64,000 bases of DNA from Negaprion brevirostris (taxonomy: Eukaryota). Of the stretch, positions 62,901-64,000 are shown piece by piece (within the stretch, counting starts at the first letter, position 1; every line of letters starts with the position of its first letter). A program made the translations under genes and the position numbers. Where the stretch lies: positions 12,097,114-12,161,113 of the forward strand of contig JARDVH010000115.1 of NCBI GenBank assembly GCA_030324005.1, written 5' to 3'. A model generated the notes under the pieces. That model searched no databases. It was not told where the DNA came from and saw nothing but the letters and a program-made list of their open reading frames with translations.

Positions 62901-63129
62901 ACATGCACTCTAAAGGTCATGATACGGCCAACTTCCTGAGGGTCCTTCCAATCCCAGGTAACTAAGCATGACCTTGGATCCAGGTAGTTCCCACGGACAT
63001 AGTCGTAAATAGTGCGGTTCCCTCGCCTGCCTCTATTGTCATTTTGAAGAAAGCTGATGACCCGTGCCAACAGCTCATAAAGAAACTTAGCAGTATAGAA
63101 GAATGCAATGATGGAAACTGCGACTCCAC
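18676..63129 (-). CDS. AREL1: Apoptosis-resistant E3 ubiquitin ligase 1 (N-terminal hydrophobic segment, filamin-type repeat, C-terminal HECT domain); spliced, 17 coding exons in window, start exon outside window
   Basis: The exons join in frame (2462 nt) and match vertebrate AREL1 as recalled, e.g. [63 protein letters not shown] and C-terminal EGFGML*. Confidence 0.97.
18982..19395 (+). mobile_element. CR1 LINE 3' fragment in the last AREL1 intron, preceded by an HE1 head remnant at ~18915-18981
   Basis: gggcctatattctttggagtttagaagaacgaga (GLYSLEFRR) and a tail ending ccactcctattcct. Confidence 0.8.
20010..20185 (-). CDS. AREL1: AREL1 coding exon 16 ([35 protein letters not shown]...LPTAHT)
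   Basis: Acceptor cctgcag, donor gtaagt; 176 nt; ends inside the catalytic Cys codon (TG|C). Confidence 0.97.
20656..20745 (-). CDS. AREL1: AREL1 coding exon 15 ([30 protein letters not shown])
   Basis: Acceptor cccccag, donor gtaaac; 90 nt. Confidence 0.96.
20838..21157 (-). mobile_element. HE1 SINE, near full length
   Basis: Reverse complement of gggcggcatggcggcacagtggttagcactgctg (A box), gggttcgattcc (B box), the V-domain and a ctgtagggattct tail. Confidence 0.92.
21295..22416. mobile_element. GC-rich non-autonomous DNA element (possibly Harbinger-type MITE) with C-rich low-complexity core
   Basis: Imperfect terminal inversion (ttccagcct ... aggctggaa) and a sharp GC shift relative to the flanks. 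Confidence 0.5.
23128..23434 (+). mobile_element. HE1 SINE, near full length
   Basis: ggcacggtggcacagtgattagcactgctg head, gcgtgggtttcctccgggtgc V-domain, ctgtagagattct tail. Confidence 0.9.
23612..24660 (+). mobile_element. CR1 LINE 3' ~1 kb (RT C-terminal half)
   Basis: Encodes [21 protein letters not shown] and LVRPHLES; ends with a (tttctatg)n tail. Confidence 0.92.
25228..25303 (-). mobile_element. HE1 SINE head; remainder lost in a 100-N gap
   Basis: Nearly identical to 21073-21145. Confidence 0.85.
26557..26575 (-). promoter_or_regulatory. Candidate CTCF site
   Basis: The minus strand reads ataCCACTAGATGGCAGTg, a close match to the CTCF core CCASYAGRKGGCRSY. Confidence 0.55.
27047..27105 (-). 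CDS. AREL1: AREL1 coding exon 14 ([20 protein letters not shown])
   Basis: Acceptor tatatag, donor gtatgt; 59 nt. Confidence 0.96.
27525..27806 (+). mobile_element. HE1 SINE, head partly deleted
   Basis: tgtctgtgtggagtttgcacattctccctgtgtctg V-domain; tail ctgcactgtagggattctgtgattct. Confidence 0.88.
28547..28676 (-). CDS. AREL1: AREL1 coding exon 13 ([18 protein letters not shown]...ECFLK)
   Basis: Acceptor ttttcag, donor gtatga; 130 nt. Confidence 0.96.
29130..30442 (+). mobile_element. CR1 LINE 3' ~1.3 kb, decayed RT
   Basis: Motifs SQYEFVK, KAFNKVP, GVLQGLV and SKFAGD; tail ctctgactctatg. Confidence 0.88.
30815..31760 (+). mobile_element. Old CR1 fragment containing a younger CR1 (30870-31103, spanning a 100-N gap) and an inverted CR1 piece (~31330-31600)
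   Basis: [16 protein letters not shown] before the gap; CR1 tail gaagggctaaatggcctactcctgctcctatttcttatgttc after it. Confidence 0.75.
31858..31983 (-). CDS. AREL1: AREL1 coding exon 12 ([14 protein letters not shown]...SGHLEK)
   Basis: Acceptor cttgcag, donor gtagtg; 126 nt. Confidence 0.96.
32104..32385 (+). mobile_element. CR1-like 5' end, 100-N gap, then CR1 3' end
   Basis: GC-rich 5'UTR-like leader before the gap; atgggccgaagggcctgttctgcgctgtaatgttctatgt tail after it. Confidence 0.65.
32907..32949. repeat. (TG)13 followed by (CG)3 and a G run
   Basis: Read directly from the sequence. Confidence 0.95.
33262..33441 (-). CDS. AREL1: AREL1 coding exon 11 ([20 protein letters not shown]...GLRMHYK)
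   Basis: Acceptor tgttcag, donor gtaatg; 180 nt. Confidence 0.97.
34050..34441. mobile_element. Penelope-derived non-autonomous element: inverted pLTR-like arms (~168 bp each) with hammerhead-like motifs
   Basis: Arm 34050-34217 is the imperfect reverse complement of 34241-34411, with a one-sided tail cccagtccaacagcggcaactccacatcat. Confidence 0.8.
35211..35320 (-). CDS. AREL1: AREL1 coding exon 10 ([21 protein letters not shown]...NQGL)
   Basis: Acceptor gtttcag, donor gtgagt; 110 nt; HECT DxGGxxREWF motif. Confidence 0.97.
35800..36540 (+). mobile_element. Harbinger/PIF DDE transposase pseudogene
   Basis: HARBI1-like motifs [44 protein letters not shown] and [17 protein letters not shown], broken by frameshifts and stops. 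Confidence 0.8.
37700..37860 (-). mobile_element. Harbinger second ORF (Myb/SANT-like) remnant
   Basis: [27 protein letters not shown], convergent with the transposase remnant. Confidence 0.65.
38732..38807 (-). CDS. AREL1: AREL1 coding exon 9 ([25 protein letters not shown]), HECT start
   Basis: Acceptor caactag, donor gtcagt; 76 nt. Confidence 0.96.
39082..39203 (-). CDS. AREL1: AREL1 coding exon 8 ([18 protein letters not shown]...SFLES)
   Basis: Acceptor tatccag, donor gtaagt; 122 nt. Confidence 0.96.
39245..40670 (-). mobile_element. CR1 LINE ~1.4 kb, decayed, sense to AREL1
   Basis: Minus strand reads [19 protein letters not shown] and a QHGFMKGKS-like motif; CR1 tail at the left end. 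Confidence 0.85.
40680..40940 (-). mobile_element. Deu-domain SINE remnant
   Basis: gccctcagtttaatgtcatccaaag...tgacaacg matches the reverse complement of the core at 2550-2600. Confidence 0.55.
41592..41733 (-). CDS. AREL1: AREL1 coding exon 7 ([33 protein letters not shown]...HKNI)
   Basis: Acceptor ttctcag, donor gtaatg; 142 nt. Confidence 0.96.
42335..42412 (-). CDS. AREL1: AREL1 coding exon 6 ([26 protein letters not shown])
   Basis: Acceptor ttttccag, donor gtgggt; 78 nt. Confidence 0.96.
42885..43215 (+). mobile_element. CR1 LINE 3' end
   Basis: tcttattgaatggtggcacagggttgaagggcctactcttgctcccaatttctatg tail. Confidence 0.8.
43845..45735 (+). mobile_element. CR1 LINE with internal deletions (ORF1 Zn-finger start joined to ORF2 pieces)
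   Basis: [12 protein letters not shown] (ORF1), then [20 protein letters not shown] and [10 protein letters not shown]. Confidence 0.85.
46328..47326. mobile_element. Probable solo LTR (Gypsy-like), containing a copied CR1 fragment
   Basis: About 1 kb of non-coding sequence starting tgt and ending gatcataaca; no TSD resolved. Confidence 0.4.
46415..46568 (+). repeat. Local ~155 bp direct copy of 44402-44558
   Basis: Both copies share long identical runs such as tgcagtcattctagttaaagaggaggggtgtgaaattttatatacaataagc. Confidence 0.9.
47665..48265. mobile_element. GC-rich non-autonomous repeat, family unresolved
   Basis: Compositional island containing cccttaactggccacttcaatgg, a motif I recall from shark DNA-transposon remnants. 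Confidence 0.4.
48345..48598 (-). CDS. AREL1: AREL1 coding exon 5 ([13 protein letters not shown]...[10 protein letters not shown])
   Basis: Acceptor acattag, donor gtagga; 254 nt. Confidence 0.95.
49035..50870 (-). mobile_element. L2 LINE fragment interrupted by CR1 (~49230-49680) and a Penelope-derived element (~49681-49815)
   Basis: FDYSNILL...[33 protein letters not shown] is a decayed L2 ORF2 C-terminal motif. Confidence 0.8.
50917..51097 (-). CDS. AREL1: AREL1 coding exon 4 ([11 protein letters not shown]...[11 protein letters not shown])
   Basis: Acceptor attttag, donor gtgagt; 181 nt. Confidence 0.93.
52147..52447 (+). mobile_element. tRNA-derived SINE, not HE1
   Basis: A box tggcacagaggg and B box ggttcaaatcc; caacaacaatagaagaa tail. 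Confidence 0.65.
52691..52860 (-). CDS. AREL1: AREL1 coding exon 3 ([39 protein letters not shown]...QIKE)
   Basis: Donor gtgagt; the acceptor lies in the 5-N gap at 52860-52864, so the 170 nt length is inferred from phase. Confidence 0.92.
53385..53672 (+). mobile_element. LINE ORF2 C-terminal fragment, same family as 77-710
   Basis: [25 protein letters not shown] motif. Confidence 0.7.
55232..55469 (-). CDS. AREL1: AREL1 coding exon 2 ([10 protein letters not shown]...YYKTFQP), filamin-like repeat
   Basis: Acceptor tgtgtag, donor gtaggt; 238 nt. Confidence 0.96.
55545..55790 (-). mobile_element. CR1 3' end, decayed
   Basis: caggaggtcattcagcctg...ccagtgaatcccattcc, a reverse-oriented tail. 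Confidence 0.65.
55791..58020 (+). mobile_element. CR1 LINE internal 2.2 kb: ORF1 SGNH-esterase half, APE endonuclease and start of RT (pseudogene)
   Basis: Motifs [63 protein letters not shown] and QHGFVKGR, with frameshifts between ORF pieces. Confidence 0.95.
58380..59660 (+). mobile_element. Harbinger-related remnant (Myb/SANT-like ORF piece) with an HE1 tail fragment at ~59400-59507
   Basis: MPQDGRRR at 58719 resembles MPRDGRRR on the minus strand at ~37790. Confidence 0.5.
59873..60152 (-). mobile_element. HE1 SINE
   Basis: cctacagtgcagaagg tail, V-domain and gcagcattgctaatcactgtgtc head. Confidence 0.88.
60426..60535 (+). mobile_element. Rex1/Babar-type LINE RT fragment, cut by a gap
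   Basis: [36 protein letters not shown] matches the Rex1 motif LFIDYSSAFNTI..KL..LG...LC.WI. Confidence 0.75.
60636..60967 (+). mobile_element. CR1 3' end, abutting an inverted CR1 fragment (~60968-61170)
   Basis: [25 protein letters not shown]; tail ttctgtgttctatgt. Confidence 0.88.
62903..63129 (-). CDS. AREL1: AREL1 in-window coding exon 1 ([24 protein letters not shown]...MTFRVH)
   Basis: Acceptor gtatag, donor gtaagt; 227 nt, phase 1 to 0; encodes the hydrophobic N-terminal segment. Confidence 0.95.
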
Positions 63130-63377
63130 CTATACATGGATAGACAAATATTCCCGAGCGAACATTTTTTTCTAATTATCAAAATGGAAACACACATCAC
63201 AAAAAGACAAAATTCTTAGTGGTTCAGCTAACAGAAATTAGATGCAAAAACATACAACAATGATCCCAGGCACAGCACTCCAAGACAGGGTAAATTGTGC
63301 TTGCTAGCAGGGATTGGTGCGACCAGTGAACTATGTCAAATCTGACTCACAAATCATTCCCACCGGCCTCAGCAGAC

Positions 63378-63380
<3 letters not shown>

Positions 63381-63430
<50 letters not shown>
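63381..63430. repeat. (GT)25 microsatellite
   Basis: Read directly from the sequence. Confidence 0.98.
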
Positions 63431-63432
<2 letters not shown>

Positions 63433-63537
63433 ATATGTGTGTGTAATGAAAGGAAGGAATACTTAAGCCAGGATATTTTACACTAAATTATTAACACGAC
63501 TGACAAATAGACTCAGTTGCTAGACTATTGTTTCAAT

Positions 63538-63850
63538 ATGAAGGAGTGTTTCATTGTCAGAAGGAGCACCTTTCACACAAACTGTTGATCCTGTTCTAGT
63601 AATTAAATTGAACATTAAGGATCCAGTGGGACTATTTGAAGAGGCACAGGAAGTCCTATTGGCCAACATTCCTTACTCGTTGAACACTATCAGAAACAGA
63701 TTAATCATTCTGTCATTGCTAAGATGCAGGTTGGCTCTGTGCAAACTGGCAGCTGCATTTGTCTATACCACAGCTATTAGAGGTCAAAATAATTACCAGC
63801 GTGGAGCTCTGAAGTGTCGCTGTGACGTGTGACAAAGTGTTAAATTAACC
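63538..63850 (+). mobile_element. Deu-domain SINE remnant
   Basis: aggatccagtgggactatttgaagag, tggccaacatt and ctgtgcaaactggcagctgcattt resemble the element at 2448-2755. Confidence 0.6.
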
Positions 63851-64000
63851 AATTCCTTTTGCCATTGAATAAGAACTCATAGTTTGCATCTAGTGCTATC
63901 CCCACCCCTCCATGAATGGAAGGAGATAGAGAGGAGGTGAGAGAAGGATAGACATGACTGTGACTCTAGCACAAGTAAAAGCAGGGTAGCCCTTGCCTCC

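Noticed and set aside
1-64000. Prokaryotic-type systems (CRISPR arrays, operons, defence islands), rRNA or true tRNA genes
   Set aside because: The window is eukaryotic intron-exon DNA with no regularly spaced repeat-spacer array; the tRNA-like A/B boxes belong to SINE heads.
63130-64000. AREL1 start-codon exon
   Set aside because: No minus-strand ATG giving an MFYVI-like peptide with a phase-1 GT donor was found, so it presumably lies beyond the window.

Overview
AT-rich vertebrate genomic DNA with several N gaps. The repeats (HE1-type V-SINEs, SacSINE1/Deu-type SINEs, abundant CR1 LINEs) indicate a cartilaginous fish, most likely a shark. The main gene is AREL1 (KIAA0317, apoptosis-resistant HECT E3 ubiquitin ligase) on the minus strand. 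I traced 17 coding exons by hand from 63129 down to the stop at 18676. All have phase-consistent GT-AG junctions except one acceptor that falls in a 5-N gap; together they give 2462 nt of CDS. The short ATG exon lies beyond the right edge of the window. A probable ~5.8 kb 3' UTR ends near 12880. The rest is mostly decayed transposons: CR1, L2, Rex1, HE1 and Deu SINEs, Penelope-derived palindromes with degenerate hammerhead-ribozyme cores, a two-ORF Harbinger fossil and a probable solo LTR. I cannot establish a new biological system from the sequence. The best leads are the Penelope-derived elements with hammerhead motifs, a last-intron arrangement that would replace the catalytic Cys with Trp-stop if the intron were retained, and an unidentified convergent plus-strand terminal-exon candidate at ~12.1-12.9 kb. 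Repeat family assignments and comparisons with human AREL1 are from recall, not from a search; repeat boundaries are approximate.
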